DNA of 64,000 bases from Strigamia acuminata (taxonomy: Eukaryota), in assembly GCA_949358305.1 (NCBI GenBank), contig OX442314.1:17732001-17796000 (forward strand), given 5' to 3'. Under the pieces are notes generated by a model, which was not told the origin of the DNA, made no database searches, and worked only from the letters and a program-made list of their open reading frames with translations. This document shows, piece after piece, positions 12,761 to 24,694 of the stretch. Numbering within the stretch: position 1 is the first letter of the stretch; each line of letters starts with the position of its first letter. Both the position numbers and the translations under genes were made by a program.

Positions 12761-14961
12761 AAAATCAGATTTGTGGAAGGTGTTTTTTTTTTCTTTCTCT
12801 TTTATCCATGATTTTTTTTTCCTTTTTCCTTTTCTCTTACTCGTGTAAAAGAAATTGGGTTGAATGTTTTTCACTTAAGCTCGATTCCAGTGGGAAAAAT
12901 TCAACTGCCCTTTAGACAAGTCATATATTGCAAAATAGACCAGAAGCTGCTTGCTTCTACGTTGCATTACATATTTGATAAAGAACTTGTTTTACAAATG
13001 GTTGGCTGGCTTTTTTTTTTGTTTAACTTTTTCCCCTTGATTATTAGTTTCACATTTCGTTGTTAACTTATCTCAAGTCATCCATCAAAGGAGCACGTAG
13101 CGAGAGTTCTCTTCTTCACACATCCTTTTATTCGTATGTAGGATGGCTCCCTGGAGAGTTTTAAACCCTTTAAAGTGCAAAATACCGCGCCTAGGTAAGT
13201 TTATGGATTTAGGGGTCAAATTACTTAGAATGTTTGAAAAAGTTTGAAATCTGTAATCAGGAGGAATTGTTCATAATTTGAAGGTTTTTTTAAAAAAATT
13301 TCCTATCGAGTTTAGCATATAAAGTCTTTATTCAACATGTGCGACTGTTTACGTTCCTTTGATACAATAATGTTTTTTTTTTTATCATTTATTTATTTAT
13401 TTTGTAAAGCGGGAAAACAAAAGGTAGAGTATTTTTTTGCACCAATTTAAAAAAAATAATAATTTGCTCACGGAAAACTATAATCTGATAACAGGAAGAG
13501 CTGACAGAAAGGAATTTAAGTTTGCTGAGCGGAAATTCTTGAAGGGTCTTTGGAAGATTTTTTTTTTCATTGTTTTTGTTTATTTTTTTTAAAGATAAAG
13601 ATCTAGTTACATTCTCCAATACCTGGCTTCATTTCACATCCACATTTGATAAATGTTAGTTTTTTTAATCTGGCATTTATTACATCTTTCTTACGTGTTT
13701 ACGTGAATTGACGGTTAAAACAATTTTTGGGGCTTCGGTGTGCTACATTTTTTATTTTTTTATTTTTTGTTTTATTTGGGGGTTGCGGAATATAGATTGA
13801 CAGTAAAAGGAAATAGAGAACCATTCTTTTCGACTGGAATCATTAAAGTGAGGGAAAACAAATTGATTGTGGTTTGTTTTAATCAAATTCCAATGTTTTT
13901 TATTGAGAACCTACACGAAATTGAATTCACACAAGATGTCTGTCTAATTTATTGCTCTATTGAGCTGTTTGGAAAAGGAAAAGTGAATGAGATAATTGCT
14001 CCGTTTACCGGAATGCCGACTAAAGGCCAGAGTGCCGCACTTCACCTGAGGTGTGCCACATGCTTGACATCGATCTGAATATTTAACAAGACTAAGGTGT
14101 TAAGAAATAATGAAAATTTAGTGCGTAAAATGAATGAATATAGCGAACTTAATACAATTATAATCTTTCCTTGGAATTGAATTGAAAGTTTGAGAGGAGC
14201 AACTCGTTTATTGAATGGGGAGATGAGGAAATGACTGGTGAGTATACAGCACTAAGGAAACTGATGACTGACTGAGTGCATCCTGTCAGGGGAAGAATGA
14301 TTCGATATTCCATATTTAGACTAAAAATAATTAAATAGAAATAGAAATTGGTACAGTATGTGAATTAATTGTAAGCAATCTGATAAGTTGTTGCTTAGGT
14401 TACATCGTCTTGGAAAGACGAATTTGAATACAATGATACTATGAAGTAGTTTTAGCAATGTGGACAATCTTTTCATTATAAAATGCATTCCCGACTTTTC
14501 AAACAAATTTTTTCAATTGTATTATGAAATGCAATATTTAATATAAAATAATAGGCCTATACTTGATTCAGAAAAATGCTATACATTTTGGAATGCATTA
14601 AATGAAAAGCACTATATTGTAGAATAAATTTTTTAACCATAATGGGTCGAAATGAAATATAGTTGTAAAATAGAAATAAACCTTTCTCTAAAGTCGTACC
14701 CCACTGTTGGAATAGGAACATCCTCTGCTTTCTCACTTTTCGCCATACGAAAACGGAAATAGATGATTAGAGCATCATAGTTTGTCGACGGTAACAGTTC
14801 GCAGTAGTATTTAATTATATACAACTTAGTATTTACAAACTGTTGGGAGTGGACGTGCATTGAAGGACAAACATTTTTTTCTTTTTTTTGCCTTAGGGTT
14901 TGTAAAGTTCGCTTAGTCACGTGTCGTTGCAGCAATCTTAACACTTTCATTCATATTTACA

Positions 14962-15394
14962 ATGGAGTTATCAGTGTGGTTACATTGTATTATGGGAGCT
15001 GTTATCACTGCGCATATTAATTGCGTCGGTAGGTCTCGTATTTTTCCGCGTGATCTATGTGTTTTGCAGCTTGAAGGCGACGTGTGGTCGCGAGTATCTA
15101 AGGCTGATTTAATTTTCACGGGAACTGTTGTGAAAGTTCATCGTCGTTTAAATCGTGCTCAATACCGCGCTCAGCTGTTGGTGAGGCGAGTACTCAAAGG
15201 TGAAAGGACGTTAACTGATCAGGAAGTGCTCGTTGAGGGATTGGGGAACAGCAAATTGTGTTCATCGCACGTGCGGAAGAAGGACACTAGGATTTTCTTT
15301 GTGAACGAAATTGATGGGAAAAAGTGGAAGTTGAATTCCACTTTGATAAGACTTACCATTGCAAATTTGGACCAAATTGAAGCAGCAGTTGCAG
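14962..15394 (+). CDS. Agrn: Agrin first coding exon B: signal peptide + second NtA domain (144 aa + 1 nt)
   Basis: In-frame TAG at 14914-14916 lies upstream. Leader MELSVWLHCIMGAVITAHINCVG. NtA motifs IFTGTV, RRVLKG, EGLGN..LC, HVRKKDTRIFF and LNSTLIRLTIANLD are present. It aligns without gaps to exon A (61/113 identical, hand count). Donor GCAG|GTATGA at 15394/15395 is phase 1. Confidence 0.92.
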
Positions 15395-18300
15395 GTATGA
15401 ATTTTTATGTTTTTATTATGTGTTACATGTGCAAAATTCCATTTCGGGAAATAGATTAAAAGTTTTATAAAATATAGAAAGGCATGTTTAAATTCCGGTA
15501 CATACTTGCGCAGTTTTAAGCGTGTGCTGAAACGACCAATCACAGCGAGGCTGGTCATTTTCTGTGAGGATTTTTAAATAAAATGGCGGCTGATGGTCGG
15601 AAATTTTACAAATCTGACCAAATTTTTGTGTTTTTTTGTGAATATTTTAATTTTGAAATAATTTTTAGAGGTTAAAAATTTGCATTGAATATTGTGTCAT
15701 CAAGGGCTAGAATCTCACAGTTGATGTTGACACGTTAAAATTATTTACACAAGTTTATAGATTATCCGATAGAAATGTGTCACGCAGGCCATGACGTTCA
15801 TTTTGGCTGAAACTGGCCTCCTGATTGTAAAAGTGAGATTTAGCGTTATCTATAACAATTTTTACTGTCAACACGGGGTTTCCTTTTTGACAGCTGTTAT
15901 CGGTTGATAGTACTGAGACTTAGTGATTACCTTGAAATCCATATGGGGAGAATAAATTAACCCTTTTGATTAGTTTCCCGTCCATTTCCTTTCCTGCATA
16001 AGCAGATAAGAGTATGTTCATGAATGATAGACCCCCAGTGTGCACTCATTTTACCTACTTGTTACGTCTTGGAAAATTGTCTCGCAGCTTATTACGATGC
16101 TTATTGATATCAGAATGTCGTCTCATTATTTCTTCTTACTAAAGAGGATTTTCGCTTTATTGTAGAGAGCCTTAAATTTTGGAATCGGGAAACGAAGAGA
16201 TAGGAAATACTTCACGAGTGAGTCATTGGAGTCACTTTTCTTTCCTATCTTATTACTATTAGATATTTTCCGGTCTTTTGGGTGTGGTGGAGGAAAATAG
16301 GATGGTCAGTTGGGCGAAACGGTAAAAATCCTCTGCAGTGCACCCAAATTCGTATAATAATTGAAAAATTATAGAGTTTTATTTTAATTTTTTGGGATTA
16401 AGTTTAAGTTTTCACACTAGGAATTCTAAGCATTGATTTTTTTGTGCCGAGTTTTAGAGTTTTACCCTCTTGATACCTGTATGGCTGGGTCTGGCTGGTT
16501 CGCTTTTATATCTCAGGCGCACACTTATTCAAACATGAAAATGATGCCATTGGTTATTTCCATAATAGAATCATGGGAAATGTCAGCACTATTTTCGTAC
16601 CAGAAGAAACTGAAATATTTGCATAGTATAACGGTCTACAGGAGATAGAAAATGTCGGGAGAGTAATAACTTATGCGTTTCGATTTTGGGAATACTGTAA
16701 GCGGAACAAAAAAAAATATTGAATCTTTAAAAAATTATTTAGTTGTTATTGGAAATAATAAATTCATGCATGTGTTTTTATTTTGGCTTTTCAAATTCTG
16801 AGTAATTAGGTTCGGGTTTATATTTATTTTTATTTTCTGCTCACGTTTGTGGTCGTGTGCGATGCTTCGCCTTGAAGAGATTTTTTTTCCTTCATGGTGT
16901 GAAAATGTGTGGTTAGTGAAGGAGAGGAAGGAAAATGAGTTTTAAATGTATGACCTCTGGTCGCAATTATCTCTTGGGCTTCGAGAAATCGAGTTAAAAT
17001 TCTCTCCTGTGGATTAAGAAATTAAAAAAAAAAAATCTTACTTATTCTAAAAGCAGTCGTGGAAATGAATTGACTTTTATAAATTAATTGCCTCTTAAAT
17101 CAAATGGCTATTAAGGTTAAGTAAAAATTTATTGCTCTTTGTATCTGAAGATTTTTCTATCTGAGGTGTCGAGTGGGCTGCCTTTCACCTCTTAATTGGC
17201 ATTGAGTATTTTTTTTTTGGGGAAGGAGCAAGAAATATGTGCTTTGTACTTGATGTGATTTTTATTGCATTTAATTATTATTTACTGCTACTTGGAAATA
17301 GACTCGTTTTATTTTCACCTGTTCTGTGGGTGCTAACTAGGACAGTCCAATTTGATGTTGCAATCTCTCTCTCTGTAGTGCATAGCCACTCGTATAGACC
17401 GTTTAAATAATTTTTTTTTAATAACAACCAAAACCAACACCTGGGTAAAGTATTTTTTATTTTTTTCAAATCAAATAAATTCGGTTAATTTGTCACCACT
17501 TTGCGGACGTCATTTTCATTAGCTTTAGCTCCTTTCACAATTAGTAAAACAATCATGGACGTAAGTTTACATTTTTTTGTTGATCTTAAATTACACACAA
17601 AACTGCGAGTGGCTGCCCATTGCTAATTGTTTTTTTTTCTTCTCTTGAATAGTTACACGTAATTACTCCCAAGTCATTTAAAAAATATATTTTTTTTCTC
17701 TCTAAAACTTAATACCAAATTGTTTTTGATAGTTGTTTTATCAAACTGCAATTCTCTTAATGGTTTTTGGTTTTTTTTAAATTTTCTGATATGTTTTTTA
17801 AAAGTTTGACGTTTATTTTACGAGCAGTCGTTGACAATATATAAAGTGTAAGCAAAAAATGGAAATCCAGTTCTCACATGCAAGTTGATGGATGAGCAAC
17901 ATGTTAAACATATCAGTAAAAGGCGTAGCTAAAAAATAGGAATGTGTGCGATCAGTTTAGAAGGGGAAAAAAGTGAGGGTGTGAACCCCTTGGAAGAAAC
18001 TATGCCAAAGCGACTTAGGCGTTTAATTAGTAGTGATACGAATGAAAGATATTGCAGCTACCTGAATATCTAACGGTAGACAGCGATTGTGAGTTATAAG
18101 TGCTCATAAGGTTGGTTGCATTACAAAGTAGCTTGAATTTATCCCGGTGTTTTCTTTGATAAGTATCGCAGCAGGTAGAAGATGGTGGAGAGAAGGGGAG
18201 GGAGAAGTTTGTTAATACCTACATTTGCCTTAGGTGAGGGTGGACCTGGAAATTAGCGAGAAATTCCTATCATGCAAGGGCATTCAACGGGAAGTTGTTT

Positions 18301-21300
18301 TTCACAGTCGTAAAGTGTAATAATATGCAGATGATTGGATTTATATATTTTTATTTTTTTTTTCTGTTTGGTTTGTGATTTTGGGTTATGTCTGGAATGC
18401 GGGTAAAGTGGAACCAGTCTGAGGCTAGAGTTTAGTTCGGAGATGTGGCGTTGGCAGCAGCGTGCAGTTGGATGTCAAGTGTGTGAGAGGGAATGGTTGA
18501 ATTTTTCTGTCGTGGGTTTTTTGCATTGTTTTGTAGTCCGATTTAAAAATTTTGGTTTTCAAAGATCGAAATTTGTTTTAGATGAAATGTGATCTATTTT
18601 TTAAATTTAAATAAACAATTTAAATAATTTTTTCGGTTAGGTACACTTTTTTTCTGCTATTTATTACTATTTAGTTGCAAATGTTTTTTTTTATTATTTT
18701 TTTATATTTTAGATTTTTTTTAAAGCATATTTTATGTTGTACAATGAATGTTGGGCGTGTTTACAATTGAATGGATTCTGGTACGGATCAAACCGATCGA
18801 TTTTCCTTAAATTTTTTATCGCGGTTTGTTTGCCTACAGATTAATTCTTCTCTTTGCATTATTTGGACTGATACAGGTATTAGGATTATTTTTTTTAATT
18901 TTTTTTAAAAGGGTTATGTACAGTTTGTTGCAAACAAGAAAATAAATAAAATATTTATTTAAATCATAATTATCTGAAAAACAATTGTGATTTTTATTTT
19001 TGTGTTTATTATGTTTCATGAATAAAATGGATTCAAGCAGAAACTGCTGAATCACATTAATATTAAGCAGTGTGGCAATATTGAAGAAAAAGTATGGAGC
19101 ATGAGAGTGGCGACATCTGTAGCCATGCTGCAGGACTCGTCTGCTTCATTTTCTAGCTAAAAGAGCGCGCTGGGTGTGGTGAGACGTGTACGATGACTTT
19201 ACGAGGACTTTCCAAGTTGACTTTCTTATCATAGCTATAAAAACGCGATTAATGTTTAGAATATTCATTTTTATTTTGCATTTTTAGTCCATCAGCAAGT
19301 TGAGTATCAAATTGTTATTAAAAAGTAATAATTTGGATAAAACTTATTCAATTTTTTAGTATATTTAAGTTTTGGTTCCTTTGGTCCAAAAGCAGCTGTT
19401 CATATATTTGCTGTGGAAAAATAAACTGGTGTACAAATAAAAGCGCTCAATCGATTGTGTGATATCCGTCTTTTAAAAGAATTTAATAATTATTTTAAAC
19501 GGAATCTACATTTTATCAAATATTTATCGATCGAATGGAAATCGAAGGCGGATGCCAAAAGCTTTATGAAACCCGATTAAAGCATAAACCACGCAAAAAG
19601 AACTTACTGGTGATTGTCGTTACAATTTGATAGTTTTAGTTGTTTCTAATTTTTGAATTTGCAACTGACAACTTGTAAATTCTGAAGATGATGTTTACGA
19701 TAAAGAACTCATACTAAAGTTCGAAATCTCCAAACTTATTTCATTTCTTTTGGTCTTTACCAATTTTTTTTTCTATGGATTTTCTTTGATTACTTCTCAT
19801 CACATCGCACACCAGGGTGGGAATGTGATGCGAAAGAAGAAGTCCAAGAAGGAAACTGGGCGAAGGGAGTGGAATTGTGAATTCTGATTGTGCCCCCCTC
19901 TTTTCTTCTTGCTTAGTAATTCCTCCTTACTGTTCGATGACTGAGAGTTGAAGAAAGAGATTACAGGATGAAGGAGAAAAAGGAGAAAAAAAAAATCTAG
20001 ATTTTTTATTTCTTACATCTTTTTTTCTCTCTTTTCTCCTTCACTTCAGTTTTCTCATCAGTCTTCTACGACTACCTTTTTTTTCGAACTTTATCCACAA
20101 AAATCTGTCACCTGCTTCTGTGGCTTGAAATGATAGTTTAAGATTTGATTCTTGCAGTCTTGAAGGCAAGAAAAAGTGAGATTTAAAAGGATAATATAAC
20201 CAGAAATGGATTGGACTGTGTTTTAATGACACGTGTGTAATGAGGATTAATTGAAATTGATTTTCTTCATGGATTAGCGATTTGATGTTTGGCGCATGTG
20301 GAAGCAGAAGTTTTACAACGGGGAGGATAAAGTATACATGTGATATGAATATGTGATTTGTTTACCGTCCTTTCGACCACTGTCACACGAATTTGTATTG
20401 TCGTTATTCATCTTTCTTCTTGACTTCGTAGCTATACTTCCTTTTCTCCTATTGGATTTTATTATTCTTGAGAAATAGATCTCTCTCTCTTTTTTTATTT
20501 TTTCTTTTTCTTTTTATCCATGACCCTTGTTTTTGTAAGGGAAATAGATTGGATGCTTTTTTATTTTTATTACTTATTCTTTTTTCGCATGCATCTTGGC
20601 TAGCATCGGAAATGAGGGTAAAAGTAAAAATATTACATAAGATTAAGAATATATGTTCTGAATAAGATGCACTAGTTGAGTCTATATTTCTCCGTTTTAG
20701 CACTTTCGTAGTGGAAATGCACGACTTTTATGGCTTGCTTTGAAAAACGAGGAATGAATAAAAAAGTTAAATTTTAAAGTATCGTCGTGAAAAATTTATT
20801 TTGTCGAATATTGAAACAAAAGCGAGAGTTGCTTTTTGAAAAACAATGAAAAGGAAAAAAAGAGACATTTGATTGGGTGTTATTGATACTCTACTGATCA
20901 AGAATCGCAATGAATTTGTTCATCTGAAGGCAGTGATGGTGGTAGCTGAGCAATAAACTAACCTTTTAGTTGGTTTTTTGTGTGCGCGCTAAGACTTTTC
21001 TTAATTAGCACTGCAATCTGCTGGTGTAGCCGACACGTGTGAAAAAGAAGAAAAAAAAGAAGCAACGTTGTGCTTGTGCCTGCTGCGATGTCTGATAAAA
21101 TTCTTGTTTGTCATTACTGAGGTTAAAAGGATTAGGAGTTCAATATTATTCAGTTGGTTTAAGACGACGAAGTAAATTAAAACTGAACTGTTACTACGTA
21201 CAAGGATTGTTATGTTAATAAAATTCATTCCCTAAATACACTCGTTCATATATAATGTATTGTAAAAATAACTGCAGATGAATTAACTGAGATTGTAATT

Positions 21301-23254
21301 TGGCCTTGCGGAGACTTTAATCCATGTCAAGCGCACCTGTTTATTTAGAAAAGAATTGCACTTGTTTTCGTATAAAGGTGTACGCGACGTATTTATGCAA
21401 CATTTATGCTCCATTTCCGTTGGGTATTATTTTTCAAACTTATGGTATCCTGGTGTTTATGGTTCGTAATTAAAAATCCTTTTTTTCTTTTGATAATTGT
21501 AAGAGCGTAGAAAATTTAAATGAAAAATCTGTGGAGTGGAAACAAAGTTATTGTTCGTACAGAGAATGATTCGGGAAATTATTGTGAAAGGCTTGAGAAG
21601 GTGAAGGGGATGAAAAAAGAGAATTTGATTAAAAATACATGAACGTAGACGTTTTTTTCTTTTCTTGGATAAGGACAGATAGTGCATTGGATCCAGTTTT
21701 CGAGCAGCAACAACAAACTAGCTTCTTTTTTCGGTTTGAATATACGTATATATTTTTTTTTTTACTTCTATTTCACGTAATGCAATTGCATTTGTTTGAC
21801 TTTCGTCTGATTGCTGCTTTCTTTATTTTCGGGGATTTAAATGCCTGAGCTTGTTTGTCACTGAGAAATTAGATCTCGCCCTTGCAAGACCATATGCTCA
21901 TGAATTATAAAATATGGTCAGTTAAATGCACTTTCCACGGAGTCGCATATTGTCATGCGGGCTCGAAGTAATGATAAAGATGTTGGATGTGCCATTTTCG
22001 TTTAGCTTAACCCCCTGCAGCGCGTATGAGAAATCCGTGCACTAACTTTAATCTCTTGCTCTCTTTCAAACCGGCGATAAAGCAGAAGGTTGTATGTTTA
22101 GCTTATCTCGGTCTGCATACACATGCAAGTGACTCGGTTTGCATGCATATAAAGTGTTTGGATGTTCTGATTTAACATTGCATGAATCTGTTTTCACAAT
22201 TTTTTTTTTTGAAATTTGCTAGTATCAGTATTGACTTAATTTTCCTATGGTCCATTTGTACAAACAAGATGACAGAGCCGAGTTTCACAAAGTCCCTGTA
22301 AGCAGTTTTCTAATGTAAGCAGCAGTATAGATTGAAAGGACATTTGTGGAAAGGAAATTACAGTGAACCAACAAATCTTGAGAATTTAAGTACACGTTAG
22401 TATTGGTTGAAATTTTAACGAGAAAAATGTGGTTAGTTTGCGATTGTATCAAGAATAAATTGGTTTGTGGCACGAAAAGTGCAAAATGTTCATTTTTTGA
22501 TCCCGAAACAAGGGACAATTTCTGTGTAAGGAAGTTTGACTCGAAAATGACGCAATTTTGACGGCAATTATCTAGTCTGATGGCAGTATTTCGATAAGTA
22601 CGGTAATTACATCAATTTTACGTTATGTCTTGACACGCTTCACTGCGCGGTCGTAAAAAGCATGGAAACAAGCTACCAAATTGCATGAAGTCACTTGACG
22701 TATTGTATTGCATTTCGGAATTTAATAACGCCAGATAGTGCATTTCATACATGGTTTAACTGGGGATATTAATATTTAGGCCCATTGCACCAAACATGCT
22801 GTAACATCGAACTACGGAGTAATGCGAAAAATGGCATTGTAGGCTTTATTGAGAGTGTAATAACTGCTCTTACAATCACAATCACATCATTAAAGCCGTG
22901 GTTAAAGTAAGCCAACGAGCCAACCTACTTTTTGACTGGTCATTTCTCAATGACCACAACTGGACAGTAAAAAATAATGTCAGGTATTTAATGACAGCAA
23001 GAACAGCTGTCGTTCAATACAAAATTCGATTCCACAACGCCCATTTTTCACAAAACGTTTACGTAGTGTACCGTGGATGGAAGAACAGTGCCAAATCTTT
23101 TGAACTGGAGAACTCATTCGCTTCGCTCACTCATCCAATTATATAATTTGATATAAAAATGCAGTTAAACACGTTAAATAAGTAGAGGGTTACTTGGCGC
23201 TGGCTCTTTATTTGTTTATTATTTGCAAAAAGAAATTTTTAAACGTGTAATTTT

Positions 23255-23450
23255 TGGAGTGTTTAGTAGTTGAATGTTGTATTGTAGAAATGGAGAGACA
23301 GATTTTGAGCGATGCTCGTTGCTCAAGCTCTTCTCTCTAACTGCTTTATTACCTAGCTTTTCTTACAAGGAGTGCCCCCACATATGGTGACGCTCACGTA
23401 ACATAAACAAACTGAGACACATGTGAAAGTTGGGGGTGAAAGACACCCCA
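23255..23450 (-). repeat. 3' LTR (196 bp)
   Basis: Direct repeat of 24499-24694 with TG...CA termini. AATAAA on the minus strand at 23345-23350. Confidence 0.93.
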
Positions 23451-23619
23451 ATATCCCCTCAATTGCGAACACAGAGAGCAATTTAAGGAGAGCAATAAAA
23501 ACTTGAATAACAAACATTAGTAAAGTATAATGGAAAGGAATAACACTAGGATTGAAAAGAACATAGAAATTGAATCATCGTAATTGAACACATTGTAATT
23601 GAAATAAATTGTAACATGG

Positions 23620-23950
23620 AATAGAAGTGCAAATAGTTGCACGAAATCAAATAGCAAATGTAAATGGTTGCAGGAAATTGAAAGCAGTGTAGTGCAAAAT
23701 ATTGCACGAATTTGTGTTACACCTTGTAACACTAGAAGTTGTAACATTATGAAAGTAGTGCAAAACATTGCAGGAATTGTAAAAGGTAGTGCAACACATT
23801 GCACGAATTTGTAATAGTAAGGATGTGCAACAGATTGCACGAATTGTAATACACCACAAAGTTGAATGAAATTGTACACCGAAATTGAATACAGGAATTG
23901 AACGTAGAATATTATAAAGGTGGTGCAAGAGATTGCACGCAATTGTAATT
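23620..23950. repeat. Degenerate tandem array inside the LTR element
   Basis: Recurring TTGCACGAA/TTGCAGGAA..TTGTAA and GTAGTGCAA motifs at roughly 30-35 bp spacing. Confidence 0.7.
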
Positions 23951-24083
23951 ATAATTTTAACATTGAAATAACATTCAGAATAAGTTTCATTAAACATTGA
24001 AACAAATGAAATGAGTTGGAACAACTCTCTCCTCCCCCCGAAAATGGCTGGAAACAGCTAGAATGGTCCAAAACGCGGAACCG

Positions 24084-24232
24084 AGCGTCCACAGCATGCA
24101 TGGTGAACGACGTCTTCAGCGCCGGCGTATTCGGAGTGGAAAAGGCGTTGAAATGTTGCGCTGGTCGGCATAGTGCGACCAGTCGGATTCCTGGCCGTAC
24201 GGCGGCTGCAGCGAGCCAACAATACCTGCCAT
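24084..24232 (-). pseudogene. Frameshifted gag N-terminal remnant
   Basis: The ATG at 24232 downstream of the PBS gives MAGIVGSLQPPYGQESDWSHYADQ, continuing in another frame as HFNAFSTPNTPALKTSFTMHAVD. This resembles the G..F....DW..Y.ER...F..AN...K...L..VG pattern of Mag-type Gag N-termini. Pattern recognition only; no search was run. Confidence 0.55.
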
Positions 24233-24485
24233 TGTGGAATCGGAACCGCACAAAACACAAGGCCTAACCACTCGAACGCACGTGTTCAAAAGTCCGAGTT
24301 TGGTTGAAAAGATCATTTGAATAGTAGCACCGAAAATACGCTTGTAAATGGAATGGAGTGGTCAGCATGGTAGACAGCATGGTCAGCATGGTGGACAGCG
24401 TGGTCGAAGGCCGGAAAAATGGTCGAAATTTCGCAAAAAATCACAAAAAGTTACTGAACCTGTAGTTGCATGGATTCGTATCGTA

Positions 24486-24496
24486 CCTCGTCGCCA
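24486..24496 (-). promoter_or_regulatory. Primer binding site, complementary to the 3' end of tRNA-Ser(GCU)
   Basis: Minus strand reads TGGCGACGAGG. Metazoan tRNA-Ser(GCU) ends ...CCUCGUCG-CCA (recalled). Confidence 0.8.
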
Positions 24497-24498
24497 TT

Positions 24499-24694
24499 TG
24501 GAGTGTTTAGTAGTTGAATGTTGTATTGTAGAAATGGAGAGACAGATTTTGAGCGATGCTCGTTGCTCGAGCTCTTCTCTCTAACTGCTTTATTACCTAG
24601 CTTTTCTTACAAGGAGTGCCCCCACATATGGTGACGCTCACGTAACATAAACAAACTGAGACACATGTGAAAGTTGGGGGTGAAAGACACCCCA
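24499..24694 (-). repeat. 5' LTR (196 bp)
   Basis: Direct repeat of 23255-23450, adjacent to the PBS. Confidence 0.93.

Larger units (their letters stand above)
23255..24694 (-). mobile_element. Young non-autonomous LTR retrotransposon (TRIM-like, Ty3/gypsy Mag-type hallmarks), 1440 bp
   Basis: Two 196-bp direct repeats differ at one site (23325 A / 24569 G). Minus-strand ends are TGGGGTG...CACTCCA. 5-bp TSD ATTTT at 23250-23254 and 24695-24699. PBS TGGCGACGAGG lies 2 nt inside the 5' LTR, and purine-rich GAGGGGATAT abuts the 3' LTR. No pol. Confidence 0.93.

Noticed and set aside
15020..15075. Splicing exon A into exon B to make a tandem NtA-NtA protein
   Set aside because: The plausible AG acceptors near the start of the B domain (GGTAG|G, TTTTGCAG|C) are phase 2 and phase 0, incompatible with A's phase-1 donor. 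B also has its own ATG and leader.
15581..15590. YY1/Pho-like AAATGGCGG here and CTCF-like CAGATGGCG near 28634 as promoter-choice elements
   Set aside because: Short motifs that are not placed consistently relative to the three first exons and cannot be told from chance.
23620..23950. CRISPR-like periodic repeat
   Set aside because: Units are degenerate with no unique spacers or cas genes, and the context is a eukaryotic retroelement.
23517..24024. 141-aa and 125-aa minus-strand ORFs
   Set aside because: Translations of the degenerate tandem array inside the LTR element, with no domain-like content.
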